Below, piece by piece: positions 17,801 to 26,978 of a stretch of 46,124 bases of DNA. Source of the stretch: a virus (Duplodnaviria > Caudoviricetes); IMG/VR virus record IMGVR_UViG_3300037461_000393, positions 1 to 46,124 of that record. The stretch is one strand, 5' to 3'. The notes below the pieces were generated by a model that saw only the letters and a program-made list of their open reading frames with translations, searched no databases and was not told the DNA's origin. The position numbers and the translations under genes are program-made. Each line of letters begins with the position of its first letter. Positions within the stretch are counted from its first letter, which is position 1.

Positions 17801-20800
17801 GCCACGCTACGGCTCGGGTCGAGAAAGACTACGTCCTTGAACCCGGCATCGGCCGCTTCCTTGGCAATCGATGCAACAACCTTGGCGGTTCCCAGCTTGG
17901 AACCAGACATGACCTCATCGTATTCGGCCTGCGTGGCGAGGTTTCTGGGCTCCGGCAAGTACACAGAAGAACGCCACTCCGGGGCATATTCCGCCAGCTT
18001 AGCGACCATGGCCCGCACCGCATCTTCACTTAAGATTGGATCGGGGGTGTAGTTGAGTCGGCGATCGACCGCATCCCTCACCCTGTCCATGAACTCACCG
18101 TATGCAGCCGGCTCGTTAACCCTATCGGGCATCGGTTCAGTCTTCGTGACTTCCGCTATTACTTGCTCGTAGATTGCGCTGCGCCTTCTGGAGTACGCAA
18201 TCCCTGCTTCTCGACGCTTTTCGGTGAATTCAGTTATCTCGGTCTTGAGTCCCTCGGGGACCACAATCATCTCATCGGGGCTGACCGCACCCCGGTAAGA
18301 CGTTACATCGAACACATAACGAACGCCGCCGAAATCGATGGTGCTCCATTCACCGACGGATATCGAAACCCTTTTGTCGTAGCCGGTCCACTGCTCGAGT
18401 TTAGCGACCGTTGATTTATTTGAATCCGGGTTGGAGATCACCCAATCACGAAGCGCGTTGAACACTTCCCCCCGATTGGCAGTGTAGCTCCACGTGCCGG
18501 GTTCCCCGGTTTCTTTATGTTTTTCCCACGGGGCGACGCCGTCATACTCGACTATCCCCCGGTCCGACAAGAACTTGGCCAGCGCCGGGTCTTCGGCCAA
18601 AACATCTTCATGATCGTCAAAAATTTCAGGAAGACCGGAACTGGTCAGGAAATCAGAAACAGCGTCGGAATTGCTGTAAAGAATGGAGGTTTCGATCCCC
18701 ACGCTGCTGGACTTGTTCACCACGGAACGCACTACTTCCCGGACAATCGCCTCCGTCGCCTGACCGGCAAGTTCTTTCACCGCGTCCTGACCGAACAGCT
18801 TCGCCACTGCGCTCGCGACCCTGCCCAACGGGGATTGCATGGCGGCGACAGAGCGCGCGGTGTTAATAAAATCCCGACGTGACATCTTCGGCCCCTTGAT
18901 CGGGGCGGCCTGTTCCCGTGGGGTAGTAGGGATGACGGCCGGCACCTGACTCTGTTCCGGCACTTGTGCACGGCGGAACGCCTCGCGCAGGAACGAGAAC
19001 TTGGTGGGTTGTTTTTCTTTCACGGGTTTGGGTTGCTGCAGCTCGGTGGCCGGTTTCTGGAACGGCTCGACCCCCTTACCAAGAATCCGAATGGCGTACT
19101 GCTTGAACAGGTCCCACCCGGTCTGCTTGGGCTGGCCCTCTTCCTGCGGCAACCGTTCAGCCATCGTGGTGAAGAAGGCGTCCATCTGCTGAGCCAGAGT
19201 CTCAGCCGTGGACCGCTCGTACCCGGCCTGCTCCAACTGCTGCGTGATGTAGGAACCAACGGTCGGAGCTTCCTGGCCTTCCTGTGCCTTGAACTCTTCC
19301 TGCATCCGCTCGATCTCGGCCTGAGCCTGCTTCTCCAGTTCCTTCGACTCACGAAGGTTCAGGCCAAGAGGGTCGAACTTGAGCTCTGCCGTGAAGAACT
19401 GATTGTGCTCCGTACCCGCAATCTTAGCCGCGTAAGCTGCGGTCGGGATCTGAAGGTCATGACCACTAACAAGCGCTTGGTCGAAAGCCTCCGGAGATCC
19501 AAAAATCTCCGCAGCGACTTCCCTAGGATCGAGGTTCTTACCTTGGAAATACTCAGCGAAAACCGTAGGTTCGACATAAACATTCTCGATTGGCCCATCA
19601 GCGGTTATCTGTGCAGCCAGTTCCTGCAGCTTTTCAGGTAACCGTTCGCGCAGCTTGGATTTTTCGGCCGTCTCGCCGAGGGACTTGAAAAACTCGGAAT
19701 TAACTTGGGCCTGTCGTGCGCGCTGGACGTCGAGGGCGAAATTGATTGATGGTCCGGGTAAACCGAGCAGCGCGAAAGTTTCGAGGGCCGACCTACCTTC
19801 ACTAACTAGTTCTTGGGCGAACTTCTCGGGCGTGATCTGTTCGATGTCCTGCCCGGATGCGACCTTACCGATTTCACCGGCCATGATAGTCACGGCCCGC
19901 TGCGCTACTTCGATGGCAGTTTCCTTGGCCAGCACCCCACCGTACCTCTTGGCCAGATCAAGGAACGCTTGCTGCACAGTTGGCTGACGCAGCGCCGCTT
20001 TCACAACTTCTCGACCGGGTGCGCCCACCAGCTTATCAAGACCAGGGATGCTCCGCATCAGGATATTGACGGCGGTAGCTTCCAGGCCGGCGTTAACTCC
20101 ACCGGCGGCAAGGGCGGCTATCTTCGCGACGGCTGGATCTAGGGGCTTACCCTCAGAATCCTTGAACGTCAGGAACTCGTCATATGCATGGCCAGCCTCT
20201 TGAACGAGGCCGAACTCCGCCGCCCCGACCGTATGGCCAGCGTAATAGCCGAGGGCAGCGGCACCCGGCACCGTGACGATCTCCTCCGGGACCAGCGCCT
20301 GCGGTCCGAGCTGGCCTGCTAACGTGGCGGACGCACCCCCGGCCACGGCACCCGTTAGACCGTACTGCGACCCGGCGTACAGCGCCCCGAGGATCTGCGG
20401 TAGCTGGCGGGCAGCGCCAGTCAGCGCACGCGCCGGAAAAGACTCGGCGGCCAGTTCACCGCCACGGTGCATATCGGCCCGGTAAGCTTCGAGCTGCTGA
20501 GTCTCTTCTGCCGTCAGCTCGCCAAACAGGCTCTTGTATCGCAAACGACCAAGCTTGACCTGCGCCCGCCCCTGCCCGAACGCGCGCTTGGGCGCGGCCA
20601 GCATCCATTGCATGACTCCGAGATTCTCAAGATCATCTTGCACCAGCGACAGGTTGTTCTCGTCAGTCAGCCACTTCTTAACGGCCGGGTCCGCGATGAT
20701 CTTGTCGAACTCGTTGATCTCACGGACCTTCTCCTGCTGCTTGACGGCATCGAACTGACGATCGACCACCGGGGCCGGAAGGCCGGTGCGCGTGGACAGT

Positions 20801-20958
20801 TGAATGATCTTTGCACTGCGGTCCGGGTCAGTGGTGCTGGCCTGTTTGGCTGACACCCCTAACCTAGCGTCCGATGCCGTCTGATTGCGCAGGATCTCGT
20901 CGTACTCGTTGCCGGCAGCCGGTTTCGACTGGATCAGGTCATCGTATTCATTTTGCAT
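11866..20958 (-). CDS. Giant internal virion/ejection polyvalent protein (3030 aa)
   Basis: Third ejection-protein position; ART-like WHGS...IG.GEGAQ.HGWGLYF; zincin STFLHESGH...HEKFARG.E.Y. Confidence 0.85.
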   Translation of the reverse strand: MQNEYDDLIQSKPAAGNEYDEILRNQTASDARLGVSAKQASTTDPDRSAKIIQLSTRTGLPAPVVDRQFDAVKQQEKVREINEFDKIIADPAVKKWLTDENNLSLVQDDLENLGVMQWMLAAPKRAFGQGRAQVKLGRLRYKSLFGELTAEETQQLEAYRADMHRGGELAAESFPARALTGAARQLPQILGALYAGSQYGLTGAVAGGASATLAGQLGPQALVPEEIVTVPGAAALGYYAGHTVGAAEFGLVQEAGHAYDEFLTFKDSEGKPLDPAVAKIAALAAGGVNAGLEATAVNILMRSIPGLDKLVGAPGREVVKAALRQPTVQQAFLDLAKRYGGVLAKETAIEVAQRAVTIMAGEIGKVASGQDIEQITPEKFAQELVSEGRSALETFALLGLPGPSINFALDVQRARQAQVNSEFFKSLGETAEKSKLRERLPEKLQELAAQITADGPIENVYVEPTVFAEYFQGKNLDPREVAAEIFGSPEAFDQALVSGHDLQIPTAAYAAKIAGTEHNQFFTAELKFDPLGLNLRESKELEKQAQAEIERMQEEFKAQEGQEAPTVGSYITQQLEQAGYERSTAETLAQQMDAFFTTMAERLPQEEGQPKQTGWDLFKQYAIRILGKGVEPFQKPATELQQPKPVKEKQPTKFSFLREAFRRAQVPEQSQVPAVIPTTPREQAAPIKGPKMSRRDFINTARSVAAMQSPLGRVASAVAKLFGQDAVKELAGQATEAIVREVVRSVVNKSSSVGIETSILYSNSDAVSDFLTSSGLPEIFDDHEDVLAEDPALAKFLSDRGIVEYDGVAPWEKHKETGEPGTWSYTANRGEVFNALRDWVISNPDSNKSTVAKLEQWTGYDKRVSISVGEWSTIDFGGVRYVFDVTSYRGAVSPDEMIVVPEGLKTEITEFTEKRREAGIAYSRRRSAIYEQVIAEVTKTEPMPDRVNEPAAYGEFMDRVRDAVDRRLNYTPDPILSEDAVRAMVAKLAEYAPEWRSSVYLPEPRNLATQAEYDEVMSGSKLGTAKVVASIAKEAADAGFKDVVFLDPSRSVASFLKNAGATKLEQAPGPFTGASAHQLPTEGFKFPELTLDQPAWHGSGHIFEKFDISKIGIGEGAQVHGWGLYFAKIKQTAAGYKQRHGQRTLSGLQEAGYGNSIPSVLEDNTWLDALTRAKTSAERRELVEDKLSRMKDRLRTAEQTLTNEMKLVGISSRDQISKISGKLGPGVERALNRVDFLTEGVTLLETVLAQPDPKVINTGRLYEVNVLAEDNEMLDLEASLPNWEQPWGETEMSRLRKEYDTASSDVWMEAMSAGDTDLDYVKIMNIIVVLERIQKGEPVTAAQQRMADAWTKIEQNQTTKDLDEEFQAKMAEWGQLYPQAVHVFEGDGAEVHAKLLWGKDMDRVIGVSDARLSEMALWVGSFNHRRAQRQQRIEESLYPNDQQNELVWKLLQTKEMQDLMVTHDIETGRDLYKAIVRELKNPRYRSMSRATASLEARSAEDSLKGERIKTINYEEANDNGKFYVNILTSTPDGDQRNAWHGRLDVNDLKYLFPAEIAQRMLNLEGRPIKDGDDLIAYEIEPGNWPFKSAWRDPMKGVADEIVLAQRALNGKHVNDLIYAHGGVLGTMDEHVYMVKATGPNSKVIYERVLDEETVGHIFGNEVRLMMNAGIDHGTERSLDPEEGDQRSINLNRPIKIDLTVLTPEDQNNLTGRIREIAEVGTFNGVPSMSPEETASRYLLANGIKGLNYVGGTDGPAMVVFADDLIEITGYEQKEGTRGKLLKYGDYEYDIQLFENADLSTFLHESGHLYLEIMKNMAKDSPAVAKDLGVILKWMGVESADRIQVEHHEKFARGIEAYFMEGKAPNAGLRTAFARFRTWLLALYRKLTSLDVKLNDEIREVMDRMFATDAEIEAARREGQVDQIFMSAEQAGMRPEEFERYRETVAKANQTATEELQTRLMLQFKRYQEQWWKEQRRIVREEVREDYNARPDVVAYNLLRLGRDPEGNELPEPQRIKLDIHEIGQMYGRDSETFRAMRSMNMVRGEGGTHPNIAAQILGFQSGDHLVKSMLAIRNYKDRVEQETDRIMKERYGDALTDGTLHEQARAAIANTDHAKVLHAELKALTALRNKVAPFVQEERNRQQAETTQGLATVRGIPPLETFQRLAKARIAAMPVRSITPHQFLVAARKAGTKAVDEAAKNNFQEAAYLKQQELFNLELYREATKAREFVDQTVEYAASLTSKTVRQRLGRAGDQYLEQVDALLERFSFAPVTNRELDRRSNLRDWVDNQRRAGVEVDIDERLLDAAFRTSYKDMTYEQLQGVSDALHHIEHMSKLKNKLLKSKGKRDLQAVLDDLDASIRSNKSHSTPEKTGLRLPQGELKRFADAFFAAHRKLASYARQFDGFKDGGPFWQYIIRPINEASDNEATAIHKAGQALQKVFAPYMTAGEALKSAGTTLTLGLISQGMYAKTFISAVGMSFSKMERLLVALNMGTDDNYEKLKNGYGWNDDQVQAIVDDLTAEDWKFVQGVWDHLNSYWPAVEAKEKRVNGIAPPKVESRPVTTKFGEMRGGYFPLKYEDRLSPQAYGDRAKEAADMAMRGAYTRATTKRGHTKTRVEGVKMPVRLDFGVIFEHVHQVIHDLSFHETLIDMNKILGSRQIQKAIIENYGDIVYKQIQDAITDTAAGEIPADTAFEKSVTWLRHGVSVAAMGWNLSTALLQPLGLSQSIVRIGAPWVFKGVSRLLGGAVRMENTVKWVHAKSEFMHNRFNTYNREINEIRNTVRGQTSMSAVADTYFWLIMKFQTIADLPTWLGMYEKQMAIGAEESTAIALADQAVLDSQGGGQVKDMAQIQRGGPLMKMWTNFYSYFNVTYNLTAESIRRTEIKDPLSIGRLAVDLLLLYTVPAVLGFLIKEGLRGDEEDDLVGKLAAEQAGYILGSMVGFREFSSVVQGFYGYSGPTGTRFYSEAVKVIQRAQEDQYDAQMLKTVNQAAGILFHYPAGQVQRTLDGYVAMSEGDASPSALLFGPPRESK

Positions 20959-22636
20959 TTCGCAGGATCCCCTGAATCCGGAGGTTGTACAGCTCGACCA
21001 CCTTCGCGTCCGTTACCGGTACGTTATTGCGCCGAAGCGCTTCTTCAATCTTACGAGCATCCGCAGAGGGGATGTCGGCGCGCTTCACCGCCAAGCGCTC
21101 ATCACCCTTGAGCTCGAACGCAAACTTCTTGTCATCCCACAGGATGCCGCTGCCCGGAACCTTAGCCTTGACCAGTAAAGAATCGACAAGTTCCTGGATC
21201 TCCACCACATTCGGCTTGCGACCGTGCGTGGACTGGAAGTTAAGAACCTGCTCGTCCACCACGCGCCGGAATTGGGCGACCTGCTTGGATTCAGTCTTCC
21301 CCTCCTTGGGGGTAGGATCGAGGCCGACGGCAGCTAACGAATCGTCGACGACCTGCTTGATCGTCCGGAATCCGTTAATCTTGTCCTCATCCTTCGCCGC
21401 ACCCTTGCGGTATGAGCCCTGCAGCGCCACCAGCTCCTTGAACTCGGTGTCATCAAGCTTGTGCCGGTATTGCATTAGATCGGTCTTGGCGAACTCACCG
21501 AGCGTAGCATCGGTGGTTCCCATCGTCTTCAGCCGGTAATAAAGCTCCCAATCTGTCTCGATGTTCTGGCCCTTTGCCAACGACTTTTGATAGCTGCGCA
21601 AAGCAGCCCGCTGGTTGTAGTTCAGTTGCGCGACGGCGGACGCTGACAGATCAGCGAAGCTAGAGCCCCGCTCAATCATGTTCAGGGCGCCCATGAACAG
21701 GTCCTCACGCTCTTCCGCTTGCCGTTGCTCGCGTCGATTAAGTTCCGCATCTATCCTGTTCTGGACCAGATCGCGCAGCTTGGGGTCCTTGATGTCCTTG
21801 ATCTTTTTAGCGAGCTGGGCCGAACTATTCTCCCCCTCTGTGGAAAGCAATTCGTCAGCGACGCGCTGCGACTCACCCCTCAAACTGGTTTCCTCGACAA
21901 GCTTGGCGGCCTTGGTCTGATCGTCGCCTTTGAGGAAAGATTTGCCCTCCTCGTAGTAAACCTTTGCGACCTTGTCGTTGTTGTCTGTGGCCGCCCGTTC
22001 GATGACATCCAGCAAGGTTTTCGAACGGGTCTGCTCAACCGCGACTCGCGTCGCCTCAGCACCGACCCCGTTCCGCTTGGCGTGTGCGATTATGGTCTGG
22101 GTCTGAATCTGCAACTCGCGCATGACGCGTTCCGGGTCCGCATAGTTATGGACCGCGTCGGACCGGGCAGTGGAAATAAGGCCCTCCGTCTCCAGTTTGT
22201 CGTATTCACGACGCTCCGCGTAGACGTGGCGCTGCACAGCGAGATCGACGTCCATCCGCACCTGCGCCACTGCCTTCGAGTACGCGAGCTTCTGGCGATC
22301 GGTAGTCAACTCGGCGGCAATGTCTCCAGCCGCCTGATCGAACTCAGGCATGACGGTGCTGGGCAGATCGAACGAGTCCTTACCCTTCTTGGCCAAGGCC
22401 CCCTCTTGGGGGTCGTACAGCATCTTGTTAGCCCGAGCCTTCAGTCGGGACGAAGCAGCAGTGAAAGCTATCTCGTCCGCCCTGTCAACTTCTTGCCTGA
22501 CGACATCGAAAGCGGCGACCGAAACCGCCGCCCCTACGCCAGCACCAAAATCGCGGGGATCGGTGCGAACATTGATAGTTCCACCCCTGATGGGCTGGAC
22601 CCGAGCCTGCCTTTCGTAGCTAGGAGCGCGCGGCAT
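20948..22636 (-). CDS. Internal virion (ejection) protein
   Basis: MPRAPSY start, helical 562 aa, T7 gp15-like position. Confidence 0.75.
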   Translation of the reverse strand: MPRAPSYERQARVQPIRGGTINVRTDPRDFGAGVGAAVSVAAFDVVRQEVDRADEIAFTAASSRLKARANKMLYDPQEGALAKKGKDSFDLPSTVMPEFDQAAGDIAAELTTDRQKLAYSKAVAQVRMDVDLAVQRHVYAERREYDKLETEGLISTARSDAVHNYADPERVMRELQIQTQTIIAHAKRNGVGAEATRVAVEQTRSKTLLDVIERAATDNNDKVAKVYYEEGKSFLKGDDQTKAAKLVEETSLRGESQRVADELLSTEGENSSAQLAKKIKDIKDPKLRDLVQNRIDAELNRREQRQAEEREDLFMGALNMIERGSSFADLSASAVAQLNYNQRAALRSYQKSLAKGQNIETDWELYYRLKTMGTTDATLGEFAKTDLMQYRHKLDDTEFKELVALQGSYRKGAAKDEDKINGFRTIKQVVDDSLAAVGLDPTPKEGKTESKQVAQFRRVVDEQVLNFQSTHGRKPNVVEIQELVDSLLVKAKVPGSGILWDDKKFAFELKGDERLAVKRADIPSADARKIEEALRRNNVPVTDAKVVELYNLRIQGILRNAK

Positions 22637-22637
22637 C

Positions 22638-23120
22638 TTAGTTACCCCACTTCTTCTTCACTGCGGCTGCGCCGCCTGAACTCCAGTACGTATATCCGCC
22701 GGTCAACAGGGTAGTGAACGCCTGATTGCGGCCCTGCGCAGCCGCCAGCGAGCCGCCAGCGCGCTGATTGAATGACTCCGTTCTGTAACCGTACGCTTCG
22801 CGGGCGGCGTTGTTGCGAATGGTCAGGGCGTCAAGTTCCCCAAGATAGGCGGTATCCTGTTGTGCAATGTCCGCCGACCCTTCATTCACATCGACACCCT
22901 GACCGGCATAGCTGGCCCGCTGAGCGCCGATAAGCTTGCGCACCTGCAAACGGAGGTTGTCCTCTTCGATCTCGCCCCGATAGACCGCGTCCTTGGCCTG
23001 GAAATCAGTGGTCTTAGCATTTACCTCCGCAATCTGCTGATTAACCTTGCCAGATTTGTAGGACGCGTACGCAGTGTATCCCGCGCCTACTACTGCAACA
23101 ACCGCCGCCGTAGCTGCCAT
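22638..23120 (-). CDS. Internal virion protein (T7 gp14-like position)
   Basis: Ala/Gly-rich hydrophobic ends, G.QRA.YA.QGVD..EGSA. Confidence 0.8.
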   Translation of the reverse strand: MAATAAVVAVVGAGYTAYASYKSGKVNQQIAEVNAKTTDFQAKDAVYRGEIEEDNLRLQVRKLIGAQRASYAGQGVDVNEGSADIAQQDTAYLGELDALTIRNNAAREAYGYRTESFNQRAGGSLAAAQGRNQAFTTLLTGGYTYWSSGGAAAVKKKWGN

Positions 23121-25588
23121 TATGTTTCTCCCACTCCAGCCAATAATGGAATCACCGCATTGATGGATGCGGGCAATGGCTCAAGTTGCTTGGTGATGAC
23201 GCGCACATCCTCATCCCACGTAGACGGAACCGACACATCGATATGGCCGGTCTTGAGGTTGGTCGGAGCCCCCATCGGCTCAGTTTCCCGGATCTTGTAC
23301 TCACGCAAAGCGGGGTCCTTCACTCCAGACCGAAGGCCGTTGGTTTTTTCCACCAGCAGACTGACATGGCTGATGAGTTTCGGCTTGGACCGAATTGACT
23401 GGCCCTGCGGGTTCTCGATCTCAAGGGTCTCCATCACCGACACGTATGGGAGCCCAATGTGCGCTTTCACGGCGGGTCGTGGAATGGTAACGGCTCCATC
23501 CTCAACGACATAATTTGGCAGGTCCACACCGTTCGAAACCACGGTACCGTCCGCAAGGATGGAAACCAACTTTCCTTCGAGATGATCCAGTCCGGCGAAC
23601 TCATCGACGGCTTTGGCCCATGTCGAGATGTCCGCGTCCAAGACCCATTCGGGTGTGTCTTTGCTGGGCTCACCGTTGACGTTGCTCGCGTCAACGAACT
23701 CCTTGATGGTGACCGTGAGGGAATCAGTGAGATTGCCATCGTCATCGTACTGATAGAACACGATGGCATTACCCACGTCGGCTTCGGTGAAATACTCGGC
23801 ACTGCACTGAACCGGGACCCAAGTCGGCATCACGTACGGGCCGCCGTCTATCCGCATCGTGATCTCCGGGTCCGTATTGATCCCGTCGTACGAGAGCCCA
23901 CTGTCGACGTAAAAGCAATCCTCGATCACTTCCTCCTCGCGGTCAACCATCAGCTCAACGTAGCGATGAGTTACCCCTTCGATCTCCCGATCAACCAGCA
24001 CGTACAGCGAGTCGTTCACGCCTTCGGGGATTGCCACAGCGTCGATGAACTCCCCGTCAGTTGAGTGCGGATGCCAGCCCCAGATTTCGTGCTCGCGTAA
24101 GTAACTCAGACCAAGCAGCCTGCCGTCGCTCATGACGACCCACATCACGGAGTACGGGTTCTGCTGAAACGTGGCGTGGAGCGCCGTTTTGTTGCGGAAC
24201 AGATGGTCGGAATAAACGGTCAAGTCCTTGCCACTGTAGCCTTCCGACTGGACCTGATACCGAAGATCCCGCACGACGGAACCGCGCGCCTGCACATACA
24301 CCACCGTGTCATCGATCACGACTGGCTCAACCGAAGCGCAACCGTTGTACGCGATTTGCTTGGCGTTGATCGCGGTGGGAGTGATCACACCATCGGCGTC
24401 ACCCTCAAGCAACCACTCCCCGCTCTGCGTAAACATTACGGGAACCCCGCCGACTTCGATGATGGAACGCACTCTGGCCACCTTCCTACCGGCCAGAGTG
24501 AACGAAATCGCGTCGTCGTCCTGCAGCGGCGTGCTGTAGGTAAAGTTATTGAACGCGCCAATCCTGCTGAACCAAACCTTTTCCGGCTCGTTGGTGGTGG
24601 AAGCGAAGACCAGACGCTGCTGCACAAATGCGACCACGGCTGGGTAATCGCCCGCAGTCGCGAACATACTGATCTCCACGGGCGGGCCGTCTGTGGAACT
24701 CGGCTTCACACCAACATCGTTGTAGGTGGTAGCAGACGCGGTGCCAAGGTAGCGATAAACGCCGTTCAGTTTCTTGTAGATGTTGTATTCGATGGCGTAG
24801 GGGTCGGCCGTCCAAGTGATCACGTTGGGCACAGCGTCGGTCGGCTCCGCACTCGTACCGGTCGCCGACGTTGAGGCAGCGGATTCCTCGTATGTGCCGG
24901 CATTGACCGACGTCACGACGTAATCGTACGCGATCGCACCCGCCGCGCCTGGGGTTACCGAAACCGAGGCCGGAGGGTCAACGTTGGGACCAAGGGTAAA
25001 AGCAGTGATGTCCCAGCGGCCTTCGTCAAGCCGCACCAGCCGGCTGGGTTGAACTTCGTTGTGAACGATGATGATGACATCGCCCGACTGTTGGTAGTTG
25101 AATTCCCTCGTCTGTTGCGCGTTGTACGGGGTGGGGTATTCGAATATGTCACCTTCGAGGGCCAGCCAGTAATCGGGGAACAGATCGGGCTGCTTGTTGC
25201 TGTTGCTCTGGATGCAGACGTAGTAGACGTCTTCGTGCACCGTAAATTCCGACCGGCTGAACGCCATCATCGACGTCCATTCATACAGAACCGGTGAATC
25301 CACGTCAATCCGCACCCATGCCCCCTGCTTCAGGATGCGAAACCTTCCATCGAAGAACACAAGGCAATAGGTCTGGTCGTCGCTGAACTGGAATGGCACA
25401 AGCCTTACGGCTCCCTCCACTTCATACAACCACCGCAGACCGGCACGATTACTGACCCCTCCGGACTTGCGAACAATGAAATTCTCGCAGCGACGGAGGC
25501 CGGACTGATACTTTGTCTGATCGGCGCGTGCGTAGAGAGACGGGGAAAGTTCCCCGGCGGCGAAATTGCGTTGAGCGATCGATGCCAT
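23120..25588 (-). CDS. Tail tubular protein B / nozzle
   Basis: QRNFAAGELSP.LYAR.D..KY, RLVPFQFS, QQRLVFA, WGWHPH, HIGLPY; start reassigned to ATG 25588. Confidence 0.88.
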   Translation of the reverse strand: MASIAQRNFAAGELSPSLYARADQTKYQSGLRRCENFIVRKSGGVSNRAGLRWLYEVEGAVRLVPFQFSDDQTYCLVFFDGRFRILKQGAWVRIDVDSPVLYEWTSMMAFSRSEFTVHEDVYYVCIQSNSNKQPDLFPDYWLALEGDIFEYPTPYNAQQTREFNYQQSGDVIIIVHNEVQPSRLVRLDEGRWDITAFTLGPNVDPPASVSVTPGAAGAIAYDYVVTSVNAGTYEESAASTSATGTSAEPTDAVPNVITWTADPYAIEYNIYKKLNGVYRYLGTASATTYNDVGVKPSSTDGPPVEISMFATAGDYPAVVAFVQQRLVFASTTNEPEKVWFSRIGAFNNFTYSTPLQDDDAISFTLAGRKVARVRSIIEVGGVPVMFTQSGEWLLEGDADGVITPTAINAKQIAYNGCASVEPVVIDDTVVYVQARGSVVRDLRYQVQSEGYSGKDLTVYSDHLFRNKTALHATFQQNPYSVMWVVMSDGRLLGLSYLREHEIWGWHPHSTDGEFIDAVAIPEGVNDSLYVLVDREIEGVTHRYVELMVDREEEVIEDCFYVDSGLSYDGINTDPEITMRIDGGPYVMPTWVPVQCSAEYFTEADVGNAIVFYQYDDDGNLTDSLTVTIKEFVDASNVNGEPSKDTPEWVLDADISTWAKAVDEFAGLDHLEGKLVSILADGTVVSNGVDLPNYVVEDGAVTIPRPAVKAHIGLPYVSVMETLEIENPQGQSIRSKPKLISHVSLLVEKTNGLRSGVKDPALREYKIRETEPMGAPTNLKTGHIDVSVPSTWDEDVRVITKQLEPLPASINAVIPLLAGVGET

Positions 25589-25589
25589 G

Positions 25590-26192
25590 TCAGGCCCTCG
25601 CCATGACCCATTCAGCATCGAGAGGAACTTGCTGCTGTTGCTCATTCGCATCCATAGCCGACGCCATGCTGATCGCACGCGCGTACATCGCGTACATCCT
25701 CGTAACGATTCCGGGGATACGAGACAACGGGGCCGCGCACCAAGCGAGATACCAAGAGAGAGCATCGATGAAAGGAACTGAGAAAAATGCGACATCGGTC
25801 ACCATCTTGGTGTAACAGATCTGCGCATTAGGGCGATCGGTGTAAAGTAACCGCCCCTGATTATCGACGCCGATCTGGAATGGAGGGGGATCCGGATTTC
25901 GTTTACCGATTTCCGGGGCGAGAATTCTGCGAACAAACACGCAGTCATAGGGGTAGCGGTAAGAATACAGCCAGTCGTCGTTGGGGTTCTCTTCAATCAA
26001 ACCTAACGTGGCGTATGCGGTGGCGAACGGCCACGGAAAGTCGGACAGCACCTTCTCGACCGCAACATCATGGTTGAGTTTCATTACCGCCGCTTCGTCG
26101 CTATTCTCATCGACGCCGACAACAAACTGCTTGACGCCGACTCGCGCTAGCGCGATGTTCCAAATCTGAACCCGAGAAGTCACCGGCATCAT
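25590..26192 (-). CDS. Tail tubular protein A / adaptor
   Basis: IWNIALARVG, FPWPFA, W.YSYRYPYDC, FIDALSWYLA. Confidence 0.85.
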   Translation of the reverse strand: MMPVTSRVQIWNIALARVGVKQFVVGVDENSDEAAVMKLNHDVAVEKVLSDFPWPFATAYATLGLIEENPNDDWLYSYRYPYDCVFVRRILAPEIGKRNPDPPPFQIGVDNQGRLLYTDRPNAQICYTKMVTDVAFFSVPFIDALSWYLAWCAAPLSRIPGIVTRMYAMYARAISMASAMDANEQQQQVPLDAEWVMARA

Positions 26193-26198
26193 TCTCTC

Positions 26199-26230
26199 CA
26201 AAAAAGAAAGCCGGGACTGGCCCGGCTTTC
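26199..26230 (-). terminator. Rho-independent terminator after capsid genes
   Basis: Minus strand GAAAGCCGGG-CCAG-TCCCGGCTTTC followed by a T run. Confidence 0.85.
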
Positions 26231-26257
26231 CATGATCACCATCTACTGATTACCAGA

Positions 26258-26479
26258 TCAACGGCGGTGCTTATGCGTCGAACTGGACCGCTGGGCCACC
26301 GAATCGGCCGGAGGTTCAGTCGGCGGTTCGGCCGGAGGTTCAGCCGGAGGCACCGGGTCGACCACCAGTGTACCCCATTTCGGGGGCTCTTTGCGGTCGA
26401 CTTCGATGACTTCACCCGGTTGAACGCGACGGACGCCGTTGAAGATCGGGACATTAACCCTGACTTTGAATTTCGGCAT
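26258..26479 (-). CDS. Small head-associated protein with PPAE repeats
   Basis: R.VQPGEVIEV motif; RBS AAAGGGGTG; follows cement gene. Confidence 0.7.
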   Translation of the reverse strand: MPKFKVRVNVPIFNGVRRVQPGEVIEVDRKEPPKWGTLVVDPVPPAEPPAEPPTEPPADSVAQRSSSTHKHRR

Positions 26480-26495
26480 CTGTCACCCCTTTCTA

Positions 26496-26939
26496 TCAGG
26501 CACTGATGGTCAGCGCGTCCGGGTAGGACCGGTAGTGCTGGACCATGCTGAGCGGCATGATCTGCGCATCGACCGTCGCCGTGTTCGCGCCGAGGGTGTA
26601 CAACGCGCGGAGGTACTGATTCTCCGCAACCGCCGGCGAATCGATCACGTTCTCGGTGAACGGCGGCAGCGGCAGAACCACCTGCTCCCCGGCGGTGAAT
26701 GCCGACAGGGTGCGGAAGGTGGCGATCGTGGTAGCCGAGCCGAAAGCGGTGTCGCTATCGACCTGCGCCGCAATCACGAGTGTGCCGCCGTTGAGAGCAA
26801 CCTTGCAGTTGACCACGAGGGCCAACGGCTCGCCGGCCGAGATTTCGCGCAGGGCCTGCAGGTTGATGTAATCTTCCGAGCCAACCGTGCCGGTGATGGC
26901 TTGGTTGCTCGAGACTTGTGTGAGAGCATCGACGTACAT
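26496..26939 (-). CDS. Capsid cement/decoration protein (BPP-1 Bbp16-like)
   Basis: MYVDAL..VS..QAIT....S...I.L, QYLRALY; immediately after MCP. Confidence 0.8.
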   Translation of the reverse strand: MYVDALTQVSSNQAITGTVGSEDYINLQALREISAGEPLALVVNCKVALNGGTLVIAAQVDSDTAFGSATTIATFRTLSAFTAGEQVVLPLPPFTENVIDSPAVAENQYLRALYTLGANTATVDAQIMPLSMVQHYRSYPDALTISA

Positions 26940-26978
26940 TTGGATTTCTCCTGAAGTTAGGTTCTCTGGGCCGCCGGA

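Noticed and set aside
25589-25795. N-terminal extension of tail tubular protein B in the ORF track
   Set aside because: It overlaps tail tubular A; the family-typical start is MASIAQRNF at 25588
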